From: Limisphaerales bacterium
GTDB lineage: Bacteria; Verrucomicrobiota; Verrucomicrobiia; Limisphaerales; UBA11358
Direction of reading: 5' to 3'
Assembly: GCA_025362675.1 (NCBI GenBank)
Contig: JANYFN010000306.1
Span: 1-62,594, forward strand
DNA length: 62,594 bases
Every line of letters begins with the position of its first letter. The stretch's first letter is position 1. Both the position numbers and the translations under genes were made by a program. Under the pieces are notes generated by a model. That model made no database searches. It saw only the letters and a list, made by a program, of their open reading frames with translations, and was not told the origin of the DNA. This document shows positions 48,271-58,437 of the stretch, piece after piece.

Positions 48271-49197
48271 ATGCTCAAAAGAATGAACTTTGTTTTCCTT
48301 GGGTTATCCTTCCTGGCATTGGCGTTTTCGGCCCCGGCAGCAACATTCCGCGTCGCCGCTTACAACGTGGAAAACTACCTGGATGCGCCCACGGAATTGC
48401 GACCGCACATCAAGTCCGAGACGGCAAAGAAAAAAGTCCGCGAAAGTATTGAAGCCATCAATCCAGACGTGCTCGCGCTCGAAGAAATGGGGAGCACGAA
48501 TGCGTTGCTGGAATTGCGCGCCTCACTCAAGGCGGAAGGCTGCGATTTTCCGTTCTGGGAACACGTGAGCGGACACGATCCCGACATCCATGTCGCCGTC
48601 TTGAGCAAGCTGCCCATTGTCGCGCGGCATCCGCATACGACCGAAAATTTTCTACTCGATGGCCGCAGATTCGAGGTCAGCCGTGGCTTTGCGGAAGTGG
48701 AAATTGAAGCCGCGACAAATTTTAATTTTACGTTACTCGTCACGCATCTGAAATCGCGCCGCGTGGTGCCGCAGGCCGCCGAGGCTGATTTACGCTTGGA
48801 GGAAGCCAAAAAATTGCGTGAGATCATTGACCAAAAACTAGCCCACAATCCCGCCGCCGCGCTCGTCGTGCTCGGCGACTTCAACGATTTAAAAAGTTCC
48901 GAGCCGGTCAAGGTGTTGCTTGGCCGAGGCAAAACCAAGTTGACCGACACGCGCCCCGCCGAGCGCAACGGCGATAATATGCCCAATGAAAATCCCCGCT
49001 ACGAACCGCGCAACATTACTTGGACGCATTACTACGGCGTGGAGGATACCTACAGCCGGATTGATTATATTCTCTTGAGCCATGCTATGAGCGCACGCTG
49101 GTTGAGGGATGAAACGTATGTGGGTGCGATTACAAACTGGAGTGTTGGCTCGGATCACCGCCCGATCACCGCCGCGTTCCAAATCGAGAGCGATTGA
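48271..49197 (+). CDS. Exported endonuclease/exonuclease/phosphatase family protein
   Basis: AYNVENY, PDVLALEE, HLKS, GDFND, RIDYIL, SDHRP; signal peptide. Confidence 0.9.
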   Translation: MLKRMNFVFLGLSFLALAFSAPAATFRVAAYNVENYLDAPTELRPHIKSETAKKKVRESIEAINPDVLALEEMGSTNALLELRASLKAEGCDFPFWEHVSGHDPDIHVAVLSKLPIVARHPHTTENFLLDGRRFEVSRGFAEVEIEAATNFNFTLLVTHLKSRRVVPQAAEADLRLEEAKKLREIIDQKLAHNPAAALVVLGDFNDLKSSEPVKVLLGRGKTKLTDTRPAERNGDNMPNENPRYEPRNITWTHYYGVEDTYSRIDYILLSHAMSARWLRDETYVGAITNWSVGSDHRPITAAFQIESD

Positions 49198-49283
49198 ACC
49201 TGGTTTTATTCTCGTTTAGCGGCGTGACACTATTTTCTAAAGGTTCCTAAAGTATTTCTATTTCCTGGCCGATGAACTAGGCA

Positions 49284-49754
49284 ATGAAGTATGAGCCGAC
49301 AGGTCCGATCCACGGTAAAATTCTGGTGATTGACGACAACCCCATAATTCAGCGCGCCCTATTTCTGATGTTCCACGATCGCGGCTACAAGATTTTGATG
49401 TCTGGCGATATCGCCGATGCGTTAAGCGTGGTGCGGTATGAGCGTCCGAATTTGATCTTGATGGACATTCATTTTGCAAAAGAAAATTCTCTGCCCGGAG
49501 TGCTCGACGGATTTTCAGCGACCGAATGGTTGCATCAAATTCCTGACGCCGAGACAGTTCCCGTGGTCATCATTTCCAGCTGCGAGCCGGAAGCGGTCGA
49601 GGCCCGCGCCCTCGCCGCTGGTGCTGTGGGCTATCTGCAAAAGCCCTTTGCCTCTGAAAAGCTTTTCGCGCTGGTAAAAAAATACATCCCCACCCGCAGC
49701 CGCCGGCTCGCGGATAATCTAGGCGATGCGCTCAAACTGGTGACGACCTGTTGA
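49284..49754 (+). CDS. Single-domain response regulator (receiver)
   Basis: ILVIDDN, LILMDI, IISS, YLQKP. Confidence 0.9.
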   Translation: MKYEPTGPIHGKILVIDDNPIIQRALFLMFHDRGYKILMSGDIADALSVVRYERPNLILMDIHFAKENSLPGVLDGFSATEWLHQIPDAETVPVVIISSCEPEAVEARALAAGAVGYLQKPFASEKLFALVKKYIPTRSRRLADNLGDALKLVTTC

Positions 49755-49787
49755 ATTCGGTTTGAATCTTCCGCTTCACCCGCTAAA

Positions 49788-50438
49788 TTGCGCGCGGTGA
49801 AAAACAAAATCCTGCCCGTCATTTTCGTCGTGGTATTCGCGCTCTCGCGGATTCCCGGGTTGATGCCGCAGAACTTCAGCGTGGCCTACGCGTTCATGTT
49901 CTGTGCGGGTGTTTATTTCCCACGCCGCCTCGCCTGGTGGTTGCCGTTGCTCACGATGCTGGCCACGGACATCGGGTTGAATTTTTATTATCAGCACAAA
50001 TATCCAACGGAAAATGTCTGGAGCGCAGCCAATTTGGCTAACCTTGCTTTCAACTATGTCGCCTACCTCGCGCTGATTTTTCTGGGGCAACGGTTCAAGC
50101 CGCAAACATCCCTCCTCAAGCTCGTGGGCGGCGGCATGCTCGGGGCGGTTTTATTTTATCTCATCACCAACACCGCCTCCTGGCTGTTCAATCCGTTTCA
50201 TAATCAGGAATACACGCGGACGCTCGCGGGCTGGCTGCTCGCCATGACGAAAGGCACCAATGGCTTTCCGCCCACCATCGAGTTTTTCCGCAACACATTA
50301 TTGAGCAGCGGTATGTTCACCGCGCTATTCGCCGCCGCCGAAAAATATGCCGGTGCCGAATCGCCCGCTGAAAAAACTGCCGGCATGTCCGATCCCACAC
50401 CGGAAACCGAAGCCCAGCCAGAAGAGGTCGCTGGTTAA
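49788..50438 (+). CDS. DUF6580-like membrane protein (ECF S-component-like putative transporter)
   Basis: SRIPGLMPQNFS, LFYLITNTASW, Y.RTLAG....TKG, FFRNTLLS; several TM helices. Confidence 0.7.
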   Translation: MRAVKNKILPVIFVVVFALSRIPGLMPQNFSVAYAFMFCAGVYFPRRLAWWLPLLTMLATDIGLNFYYQHKYPTENVWSAANLANLAFNYVAYLALIFLGQRFKPQTSLLKLVGGGMLGAVLFYLITNTASWLFNPFHNQEYTRTLAGWLLAMTKGTNGFPPTIEFFRNTLLSSGMFTALFAAAEKYAGAESPAEKTAGMSDPTPETEAQPEEVAG

Positions 50439-50502
50439 AATTTTAGTCAGATATTTTGTCGGCTTGCGCCGGCTCCACCAATTTTAGCGCTTTTATTAAT
50501 CC

Positions 50503-50964
50503 ATGAAAATCGGCGTCATTTCGGACACTCACGGCTTCCTCGACCCGCGGGTTGAAAAACTTTTTAAAGGCGTAGATCACATTCTCCACGCCGGCGATAT
50601 CGGCGACCCGATGATTGATTTGGAATTAAAATTCATCGCGCCCGTAACCGTTGTGCTCGGCAATACGGACACGGGATTGAGTTTCCCGCTGACCGCCGTG
50701 ACGACGGTGGCGCAGAAAAAGTTTCTCCTGCACCACATCGTCAACCCGCACGCCCTGTTGCCTGAATTGGCTTCGCGCGTCGCCCGCGAAAAGCCTGATG
50801 CGGTCATTTTTGGCCACACGCACAAGGCGTTTGCGGAGATGGTGGATGGCATTTTTTTCTTCAACCCCGGTTACGCTGGCAAGCCTCGGCCCGGCGCGGA
50901 ACGCAGCGTGGCCATCCTGCATTTAGAGCGCAGCGGCATCCGGCCGCAATTCATCAATCTGTAA
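50503..50964 (+). CDS. YfcE-like metallophosphoesterase
   Basis: ISDTHG, HAGD, GNTD, GHTH, NPG. Confidence 0.9.
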   Translation: MKIGVISDTHGFLDPRVEKLFKGVDHILHAGDIGDPMIDLELKFIAPVTVVLGNTDTGLSFPLTAVTTVAQKKFLLHHIVNPHALLPELASRVAREKPDAVIFGHTHKAFAEMVDGIFFFNPGYAGKPRPGAERSVAILHLERSGIRPQFINL

Positions 50965-51021
50965 CGGATTTGTTTTCCGAAAAAACTCGCGGAAGCGCCC
51001 TCCGCGCACCATTTTCCCTAC

Positions 51022-52128
51022 GTGCATCTGTCCCAGCTCCGCCTTCGAGACTTCCGCAATTACGCGCGGTTGGATGTGAATTTTGCCCCCGGCTTCCATC
51101 TGCTGCTCGGCGACAACGCGCAGGGCAAAACCAATATTCTTGAAGCGATTTATTTGATGGCCACGCTGCGCTCGTTTCGTGGTGTGGGTGGCGCGCAGAT
51201 GATCCGGCACGGCGCGAAAGGTTATTTCGTCGGCGGCAACGTGGTGGGGCAGGGCGACCATGAAATAAAAATTTATTGGTCCGCGCGCGAACGCAAACTC
51301 GCCCTCGACGGCCAGCCGGTAAAAAAATTAACCGATTATCTCGGCGCCCTTCGCACCGTGGTTTTTTGCACCGAAGATCTGCAGCTCATCAAAGGCGCGG
51401 CGCGCTCGCGGCGACGTTTCTTGGACTTACTCCTCGCGCAGACGCAGCCCGGTTATCTGCCGTTGCTCCAGCGTTACACCCATGCCGTCCGCAATCGCAA
51501 TGCGCTTCTCAAGCAGCGCACCGTGGATGAAGCGGCGCTTGAAAGTTTTTCCGCCGAGTTGGTGAAGTTGGGCAATGACATCATCCGCGCCCGCCGCGAA
51601 CTGATTCCGAAATTTTCCCCGCTCGCCCGCCTCGCCTATCGCCGCATCTCGAACGATGCGGAAGAGCTACGCATCGAATATCACCCGAGCGTGAAAAATG
51701 ATTTTGCCGTTGAACTCGCACAATCGCGTTCGCGGGAAAAAACGTTTCGCGCCACGCTCGTCGGTCCGCACCGCGATGATTTACAATTGTTGCAGAACGA
51801 AAAATCGGCGGCGCAATTCGGCAGCGAAGGGCAGAAACGCACGCTCGCCATCGCGCTAAAAATGGCGCAGGCGGAATTTCTCACCGGCATCCACGGCTCG
51901 CCGCCGATCCTGCTGATCGACGATGTGATGGGCGAACTTGATGCGAAGCGGCGCAGTGGTTTATTACCGCTGCTCACGCGCGCCCGCGAGGCCAGCGGCC
52001 AAGTTTTCATGACCTGCACCGAGGAAAATTGGCCGCGCGAACTCGGTCGGGATTTGCAGCGATGGACGGTGACGGGCGGAAAGTTAATGCGTGCTGGCGT
52101 GAACTCAGTAAAAAACGCGGAGGCATAA
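51022..52128 (+). CDS. recF: DNA replication/repair protein RecF
   Basis: GDNAQGKTNILEAI, RRRFLD, GPHRDD, GSEGQKR, LLIDDVMGELD. Confidence 0.96.
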   Translation: MHLSQLRLRDFRNYARLDVNFAPGFHLLLGDNAQGKTNILEAIYLMATLRSFRGVGGAQMIRHGAKGYFVGGNVVGQGDHEIKIYWSARERKLALDGQPVKKLTDYLGALRTVVFCTEDLQLIKGAARSRRRFLDLLLAQTQPGYLPLLQRYTHAVRNRNALLKQRTVDEAALESFSAELVKLGNDIIRARRELIPKFSPLARLAYRRISNDAEELRIEYHPSVKNDFAVELAQSRSREKTFRATLVGPHRDDLQLLQNEKSAAQFGSEGQKRTLAIALKMAQAEFLTGIHGSPPILLIDDVMGELDAKRRSGLLPLLTRAREASGQVFMTCTEENWPRELGRDLQRWTVTGGKLMRAGVNSVKNAEA

Positions 52129-52284
52129 GGCAGCGGTGCCGCCACCGATTCCCCTGACAATCATTCCTCTGACAACCTGTCTTGCAGCACGCGGTGATTC
52201 GTCGATTGAGTCCGGGGGAATGTTTGGCAGCGGAATAAAAAACCAGTGCTGAATGTCTGGCAGACGAACCGCAAAGAAACATCG

Positions 52285-52508
52285 TCCGTCCTGACGATGA
52301 AGCTTGATTTGCTGATCCAAGTGTTCCAAGGAAATGCCCGCCGCCGGATTCGCTTCCAGTTCGGCGTCCCGGCGCCGTGCTTCGGCCAGGCCCTCGTCCT
52401 CGTCGTGCAACCCGGGCGATAGTGAATCCAGCAAGTGCGACACCAGCACCGCCCGCTGCCTTCGGACAAATTGAATGCAAGTGCCTCGACTTCGATGATG
52501 ATCGGCAG
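52285..52508 (-). pseudogene. Frameshifted addiction-module component (TIGR02574-like antitoxin)
   Basis: IIEVEALAFNLSE / frameshift near 52460 / QRAVLVSHLLDSL...DEDEGLAEARRRDAELEANP..GISLEHL. Confidence 0.65.
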
Positions 52509-52645
52509 AGGGCAAACGCGCCATCGCCTCCGCGTCACTGGCAAGGCGGTGACGCTGATTTACCAACCTCAATAAAAATAATTTCTGTTGCGTAAAATGA
52601 ATTCAATAGTATTCTTAATTAAATCTCAAACGCACTCATAAGCTT

Positions 52646-53485
52646 ATGAAAACATTTTCGTCGCCAGTAACCGCCCGTAAAGGTTTTACCTTGATCGAAT
52701 TGCTCGTGGTCATCGCCATCATCGCCATCCTTGCGGCCATGCTGCTACCGGCGCTGGCTTCGGCCAAGGAGAAAGCCAAGCGGATTCAGTGCCTAAATCA
52801 AGTGCATCAGATTGAAGTCGCTATCGCTATCTATACAACTGACACGCGCGACAAACTTCCGGTTTTGACCGGTTCAGCTGCGTGGGCTTGGGATTTGCCG
52901 GATCCGGCGGCCCAGTTGATGCTGAGTTCTGGCTTAACCAAAAAGACTTTTTTTTGTCCCAGCACTGAGCCTCGGTTTACCGACCAGCAAAACTGGGCCG
53001 GACGCCCGGGCGTCGCGCCAACCTATGGGCCAACTGCGGATAATCAATGGAATTTTGGCCAAGCGGGGCCGGTCGCCACGACTGCTGATTTTCATGTGAC
53101 CGGCTTTGCGCTTGCATTTTCAGGCGCGGCCAGTCTTCTGGCGGTAACCAACCAAAACAAAACGTTGCAAGCCGAACCCATCACGCTGGGAGGCAGCACT
53201 ATTATCATCCCAGTGTCGGAAAGGGTATTGATTTCAGATTGCATTATCAGCCAATATGCCATCCCCACACCCGGAACACCGGCGAATAATTTTTCCTCGA
53301 TCCAAGGGGGATTTACTCAAAATGGCCTTATATATCCTCATTTGAGTGCTCACTTGAAGAACAATGTGCCCCAAGGCGGGGATATTGGATACAAGGACGG
53401 GCACGCCGAATGGCGAAAATTTAAGACCAGTGCCTCTACTTATATGACCCCCAGAACTACTGGGGGAACAACCTTCTGGTGGTGA
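52646..53485 (+). CDS. Prepilin-type N-terminal cleavage/methylation protein with H-X9-DG-type C-terminal motif
   Basis: [26 protein letters not shown]-terminal H...[13 protein letters not shown]. Confidence 0.92.
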   Translation: MKTFSSPVTARKGFTLIELLVVIAIIAILAAMLLPALASAKEKAKRIQCLNQVHQIEVAIAIYTTDTRDKLPVLTGSAAWAWDLPDPAAQLMLSSGLTKKTFFCPSTEPRFTDQQNWAGRPGVAPTYGPTADNQWNFGQAGPVATTADFHVTGFALAFSGAASLLAVTNQNKTLQAEPITLGGSTIIIPVSERVLISDCIISQYAIPTPGTPANNFSSIQGGFTQNGLIYPHLSAHLKNNVPQGGDIGYKDGHAEWRKFKTSASTYMTPRTTGGTTFWW

Positions 53486-53576
53486 GAATAATTTCACCTA
53501 GCGTCCGGCTTACCCGCCGGACGCTTTTTTGTTTTCCTGCTTTCCTGTTTTCCTCATTCGCTGTTAGCCTTGACCC

Positions 53577-54542
53577 ATGCGAATTTTGTCCGGTATCCAG
53601 CCCAGCGGCGCGCTCCACCTCGGAAATTATTTCGGGATGATGCGCCCCGCCATCGAACTCCAAACTAAAGGCGAGACGTTTTATTTCATCGCCGATTATC
53701 ACTCGATGACCTCGTTGTTCAACGCGGAAGAGCGGCGAAAAAATTCACTCGATGTAGCGCTGGATTTTCTCGCGTGCGGCCTTGACCCGAAAAAATCCGT
53801 CTTCTTCCGCCAGTCCGACGTGCCGGAAGTTTGCGAGCTTGCGTGGCTGCTCTCCACGCTCACGCCGATGAGCATGTTGGAAAAAGCGCATTCGTTCAAA
53901 GACAAGTCGGCCAAAGGAATCCCCATTAACCACGGCCTCTTTGCCTATCCCGTGCTGATGGCGGCTGACATTTTGATCTACGATTCCAACCTCGTCCCCG
54001 TTGGCCAGGATCAGAAACAGCACGTCGAAATGACGCGCGACATCGCCGTGAAATTCAACGAGACCTACGGCGAGACGTTTGTCATTCCTGAACCGCAGAT
54101 CAAAGTTGAGACCGCAAAAGTTCCCGGTCTCGACGGCGAAAAAATGAGCAAGAGCTACGGCAACACACTGGAAATTTTCGGCGAAGAAAAACCGCTCCGC
54201 AAAAAAGTCATGGGCATCAAAATGGATTCCCGCACGCCGGAGGAACCCAAGCCCGACGCCGAAAAAAATCTCGCCATCGAACTGCTCAAACTCGTCGCGC
54301 CTGCTGAAACCGCTGCTGATTTTGAAAACCGTCTCCGCGCCGGCGGCCTCGGCTACGGCGATCTGAAAAAAGCCTTGTTCGAGAACTACTGGAATCATTT
54401 TGCCGAAGCGCGAAAAAAACGCGCCGAACTCGCAGCCAACTTGGATTATGTAAACCAGATTCTCGCCGACGGCGCCACGAAAGCGCGCACGCTGGCGCAA
54501 ACCGTTTTGAAACGGGCACGGAAAAATTGTGGGCTGGAATAA
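53577..54542 (+). CDS. trpS: Tryptophan--tRNA ligase
   Basis: SGIQPSG.LHLGNY, YPVLMAADI, VPVGQDQKQH, KMSKS. Confidence 0.97.
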   Translation: MRILSGIQPSGALHLGNYFGMMRPAIELQTKGETFYFIADYHSMTSLFNAEERRKNSLDVALDFLACGLDPKKSVFFRQSDVPEVCELAWLLSTLTPMSMLEKAHSFKDKSAKGIPINHGLFAYPVLMAADILIYDSNLVPVGQDQKQHVEMTRDIAVKFNETYGETFVIPEPQIKVETAKVPGLDGEKMSKSYGNTLEIFGEEKPLRKKVMGIKMDSRTPEEPKPDAEKNLAIELLKLVAPAETAADFENRLRAGGLGYGDLKKALFENYWNHFAEARKKRAELAANLDYVNQILADGATKARTLAQTVLKRARKNCGLE

Positions 54543-54561
54543 AAACTCACACGGAGGAATC

Positions 54562-54997
54562 TCACGCAAAGACGCCAAGGCGCAAAGATTTTATGACTGA
54601 AAACGAAATCGCCAAACAGGTGGTGGATGCAGCGTTCAAAATTCATACGACGCTTGGGCCGGGGCTTTTAGAATTGGGCTATGAAGCCGTGCTGGCGTAT
54701 GAATTGAAGCAGCGCGGCTTGCTGGTGGTCCGCCAGCAAGCGATGCCGGTGATTTACGAAACGGTGCATTTGGAAGAAGGTTTTCGCGCCGATCTCATCG
54801 TTGAAGGTAAAGTCATCATTGAATTAAAATCCGTCGAGGCCGTTGCGCCTGTTCACAAAAAACAAGTCCTGACCTATTTGCGTCTGACTAATATAAAACT
54901 CGGTCTGCTGATAAATTTCGGCGAGGCATTGATCAAGGATGGGATTTCCCGCGTTGTGAATGGATTTTCCCCTTCGCGCCTTTGCGTCTTTGCGTGA
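54562..54997. repeat. 26-bp inverted repeats bounding the GxxExxY gene
   Basis: tcacgcaaagacgccaaggcgcaaag (54562-54587) and cttcgcgcctttgcgtctttgcgtga (54972-54997), 24/26 complementary. Confidence 0.9.
54593..54997 (+). CDS. GxxExxY protein (PD-(D/E)xK nuclease fold)
   Basis: IHTTLGPGLLELGYE, FRADLIVEGKVIIELKS, QVLTYL, GLLINFG. Confidence 0.93.
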   Translation: MTENEIAKQVVDAAFKIHTTLGPGLLELGYEAVLAYELKQRGLLVVRQQAMPVIYETVHLEEGFRADLIVEGKVIIELKSVEAVAPVHKKQVLTYLRLTNIKLGLLINFGEALIKDGISRVVNGFSPSRLCVFA

Positions 54998-55006
54998 CAC
55001 TTTCAC

Positions 55007-56218
55007 ATGGATTTGAAATCAACCCGTCTGCGCCTCCGCATCACCGCCGCCGCTGAAACCATCGTGCGCGGCGGCCATCCGTGGCTGTTTGCGGACAGCA
55101 TCCACGAAACTAATCGCGCCGGCGAAGTTGGCGAACTCGCGGTCATCTACGACCGCAAAGATAAATTTCTCGCCGTTGGTTTGTTTGACCCGGAGTCGCC
55201 CATCCGCGTCCGCATCTTGCACGCCGGCAAGCCGCAAACCATTGATTCTGCTTGGTGGAATGCGCATCTTGAAAAAACGCTCGCCCGCCGCGCACAACTT
55301 TTTGACGCGACGACTACGGGCTATCGCCTCATCCACGGCGAGAGCGACGGCTGGCCCGGACTCGTGCTGGATCGCTACGACACGACGTTGGTGATGAAAA
55401 TTTACACCGCCGCGTGGTTGCCCCGGCTGGAAGAAATTGTTGCCCGGTTTAAAGAAAAACTTCCGGCGGAACGAATGGTTTTGCGCTTGAGCCGAAATCT
55501 CCAGCCGGCCGCAGAAAAAAAATTCAACCGGCGTGACGGACAAATCCTCTTGGGATCAACCCTTGAAACTCCAGTCATTTTTTCCGAAAACGGCATCCGC
55601 TTCGAGGCTGACGTGGTGCGCGGGCAGAAAACTGGTTTCTTCCTCGACCAGCGCGAGAACCGTGCCGAGGTGGAAACACTGGCGCGCGGCAAAAAAATCC
55701 TGAACGCGTTCAGTTTTTCCGGCGGCTTCTCGGTCTATGCCGCCCGCGGCGGGGCGGTTTCCGTCACGGATTTGGACATCAGCGCCCACGCCTTGGAATC
55801 CGCGAAACGGAATTTTGCGCTGAACCAAAACGATCCCGGTGTGGCCGCGTGCCGCCACGAAACTGTGCAGGCGGATACGTTTATCTGGCTCGAAAAAACT
55901 CCAGATAAGTTTGATCTCATCGTGCTGGATCCGCCGTCGCTGGCGAAGCGCGCGACGGAACGCGATGGCGCGATCCATGCTTATGAACGCTTGAATTCAT
56001 TGGGTATTTCGCGCTTGTCGGCCAATGGCATTTTGGTGGCCGGCTCCTGTTCCGCGCACGTTTCCGCCGCCGATTTTTTTGAGGCTGTGCGTCGGGCTGC
56101 GTTGAAATCAGGCCGGAAATTTTCCGAACTTAAAACATTGCAGCATCCGCCAGATCATCCGGCCACGTTCAAAGAAGCGGAATACTTGAAGGTGATTTAT
56201 CTGAAATTCGCGGCGTAA
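55007..56218 (+). CDS. RlmI/RlmK-family SAM-dependent rRNA methyltransferase (PUA domain)
   Basis: [49 protein letters not shown]. Confidence 0.9.
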   Translation: MDLKSTRLRLRITAAAETIVRGGHPWLFADSIHETNRAGEVGELAVIYDRKDKFLAVGLFDPESPIRVRILHAGKPQTIDSAWWNAHLEKTLARRAQLFDATTTGYRLIHGESDGWPGLVLDRYDTTLVMKIYTAAWLPRLEEIVARFKEKLPAERMVLRLSRNLQPAAEKKFNRRDGQILLGSTLETPVIFSENGIRFEADVVRGQKTGFFLDQRENRAEVETLARGKKILNAFSFSGGFSVYAARGGAVSVTDLDISAHALESAKRNFALNQNDPGVAACRHETVQADTFIWLEKTPDKFDLIVLDPPSLAKRATERDGAIHAYERLNSLGISRLSANGILVAGSCSAHVSAADFFEAVRRAALKSGRKFSELKTLQHPPDHPATFKEAEYLKVIYLKFAA

Positions 56219-56222
56219 AAAA

Positions 56223-56296
56223 CTCACGCAAAGACGCAAAGGCGCGAAGTGAAAACAAAGTTTTATTTTTCTTCGCCCTTTGCGCCTTTGTGTGAG
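56223..56296. repeat. Empty copy of the GxxExxY-flanking inverted repeat pair
   Basis: ctcacgcaaagacgcaaaggcgcgaag-N21-cttcgccctttgcgcctttgtgtgag. Confidence 0.9.
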
Positions 56297-56304
56297 ACAA
56301 GCTT

Positions 56305-57051
56305 TTATCGCGAGTGTTTCAGAAACCACTCGAACAATTCCGGGTTCGCGTAAGTTTCCGTCCAACTGTCATGCTGCGCGTCAGGATAAATCGTCAGCTT
56401 CACTTCCGCCGCGCCATATTTTTTCATCAGTGCCACCATGCGCTCGGTTTCTCCCACCGGCACCACGGGGTCTTTCGCGCCGTGAAACGCCCAGACGGGC
56501 AGGCTCGCAAGTTTCGCCCTGTCCGCGAGCAACGGCGTGATTAATTCGCCGCCGCCGCAAATGGGCGCGATGGCCGCAAATTTTTCGGGATGACTCAAGC
56601 CGAGGCTCCACGTTCCAAAACCGCCCATGCTCAAGCCGGTGAGATAAACCCGCTTTGTATCCACGGGGTATTTCCCCTCAATGTCTTCCAACAGTGCGAG
56701 CAACAAATCGTTCGACCAGATTTTTCCTTCAGGACATTGCGGCGAGACGATGATGAACTCTTTTTTTGCGAGCTCAATTTTCGGTGGGCCGTGTTTGGCA
56801 ACCAGCCAAATATTTGTGCCGCGCTCACCGGCACCATGCAAAAATAAAATCAGCGGCCAGCGCTTCGTCGCGTCCGCGCCATAACCTTCCGGCAGCGACA
56901 ACAGATAGTCGGCGGCGAGAACTTGTTGGCGTTCGATTGAAAATTTTTGGGCAGTCTGGCCGGTGGTCATGGCGTTGGATTTTTTTAGAGTGTGGCAGGC
57001 GGTGAGTCCGAGCAGCAGCGGCAACAGCAGGATTGAACTAATCTTTGGCAT
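56305..57051 (-). CDS. Alpha/beta-hydrolase (phospholipase/carboxylesterase-like), probable lipoprotein
   Basis: LFLHGAGERG, GLSMGG, FHGAKD, HDSW; lipobox LTAC. Confidence 0.88.
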   Translation of the reverse strand: MPKISSILLLPLLLGLTACHTLKKSNAMTTGQTAQKFSIERQQVLAADYLLSLPEGYGADATKRWPLILFLHGAGERGTNIWLVAKHGPPKIELAKKEFIIVSPQCPEGKIWSNDLLLALLEDIEGKYPVDTKRVYLTGLSMGGFGTWSLGLSHPEKFAAIAPICGGGELITPLLADRAKLASLPVWAFHGAKDPVVPVGETERMVALMKKYGAAEVKLTIYPDAQHDSWTETYANPELFEWFLKHSR

Positions 57052-57168
57052 TGCCGATTTATAGCGGACGCAAGCCGGAGGCGAAATCATTTTCACCCGC
57101 AAAAATTATGGACGGCGCGACGGCACTAAAACTTTGCGCGGCCTTTCCGCTTCCGCCAACATCCGCGC

Positions 57169-58437
57169 ATGATTTCCCAACGCTGGCTTCGCATCATCCC
57201 GGTCGCGCTGGTCATGTATACGATCTCGTATGTGGACCGCACGAACGTCTCGCTCGCGCTGGATCCCAAAATCTCGACGATGATGCGCGATCTGCTGATG
57301 GACGACAAATTGAAAGGCCAGGCGGCGGGAATTTTTTTCCTCGGCTACGTTTTGCTGCAAGCTCTCGGTGGTCATCTCGCAGGAAAATGGAGCGCGAAAA
57401 AACTCGTCAGCGTGTGTTTAATTTTTTGGGGCGCGTGCGCCGTTGGCTGCGGATTGGCGAAAACTTTTTATCAGTTTGAGATCGCGCGCTTCCTGCTCGG
57501 TGTCTCAGAAAGTTGTGTTTTTCCCGCGACATTAGTTTTGCTCGCGCACTGGTTTCCCAGCGCCGAACGCGCGCGGGCCAATGCCTTTTGGAATCTTTGC
57601 CAACCGCTCGCCGTCGCCGCGTCTGCGCCCATCACCGGCTGGCTGCTCGGCGCGTATGGCTGGCAAACCATGTTGATTTTAGAGGGCGCACTGCCATTTT
57701 TGTGGCTGCCGATCTGGTGGTTTTTTATTAGCGACCGCCCACGTGATGCGAAATGGATTTCCGCCGAGGAAAAAAACTTTCTCGAAACCACGCTCGAACG
57801 GGAAGCGGCATTGCTGGAACCGACGGTGAAAATCCCCTTCTGGCAACGACTCGCGCGACGCGAAATTTTCGTGATGATCGTGATGAATTTTCTCCACAAC
57901 TCGGCGGCCTACGGCTGCATGGCTTTTTTCACGGACAGTTTGAAAGCAAAACATTTTAGCCCGGTGCAATATGGCTGGCTCTTCGCCGCGCCGTATGCCT
58001 TGACCGCCGTCATCATGGTCATCAATTCCTGGCACTCGGACAAAACGCGCGAACGGCGCGGCCACGTTGCGGCGGTCTATGTTTTGAGCGGTGTGAGTTT
58101 GATTTTGAGCGTGCTGACCCGCGATCATTTTTGGTTGTCCTACGCCTTTTTATGCTTCGCGATTCCCGGTCCGTTTGCCGCGCTCGCGCCGTTCTGGGCG
58201 ATCCCGACCGAGACATTGCCGCGCAATGTTTTCGGCCCGGTCATCGGCCTCGTGAATTCGCTCGGCAACACCGGCGGTTTTTTTGGACCGGCGATTGTCG
58301 GCACGTTGGCGAAAAAATTTGGCAGCACCGCCATTCCATTTACGGCTTTGGGAATTGGAATGTTGGTCGCCGCCGCGCTGGCGTTTCTGCTGCCGAAAAG
58401 TGTGAAGCCAATTCAAACGACAAGTTCCAATGCCTGA
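57169..58437 (+). CDS. MFS transporter (ACS family, sugar-acid/anion)
   Basis: SYVDRTNVS, GIFFLGY, WFPSAERARAN, SDKTRERRGH. Confidence 0.9.
   Translation: MISQRWLRIIPVALVMYTISYVDRTNVSLALDPKISTMMRDLLMDDKLKGQAAGIFFLGYVLLQALGGHLAGKWSAKKLVSVCLIFWGACAVGCGLAKTFYQFEIARFLLGVSESCVFPATLVLLAHWFPSAERARANAFWNLCQPLAVAASAPITGWLLGAYGWQTMLILEGALPFLWLPIWWFFISDRPRDAKWISAEEKNFLETTLEREAALLEPTVKIPFWQRLARREIFVMIVMNFLHNSAAYGCMAFFTDSLKAKHFSPVQYGWLFAAPYALTAVIMVINSWHSDKTRERRGHVAAVYVLSGVSLILSVLTRDHFWLSYAFLCFAIPGPFAALAPFWAIPTETLPRNVFGPVIGLVNSLGNTGGFFGPAIVGTLAKKFGSTAIPFTALGIGMLVAAALAFLLPKSVKPIQTTSSNA

Noticed and set aside
49755..49790. Vitamin riboswitch upstream of the DUF6580-like transporter
   Set aside because: The intergenic space is only about 35 nt.
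58413..58437. 25-nt convergent overlap of the MFS gene and gntK
   Set aside because: Short tail-to-tail overlaps are common, and there is no evidence of a function.
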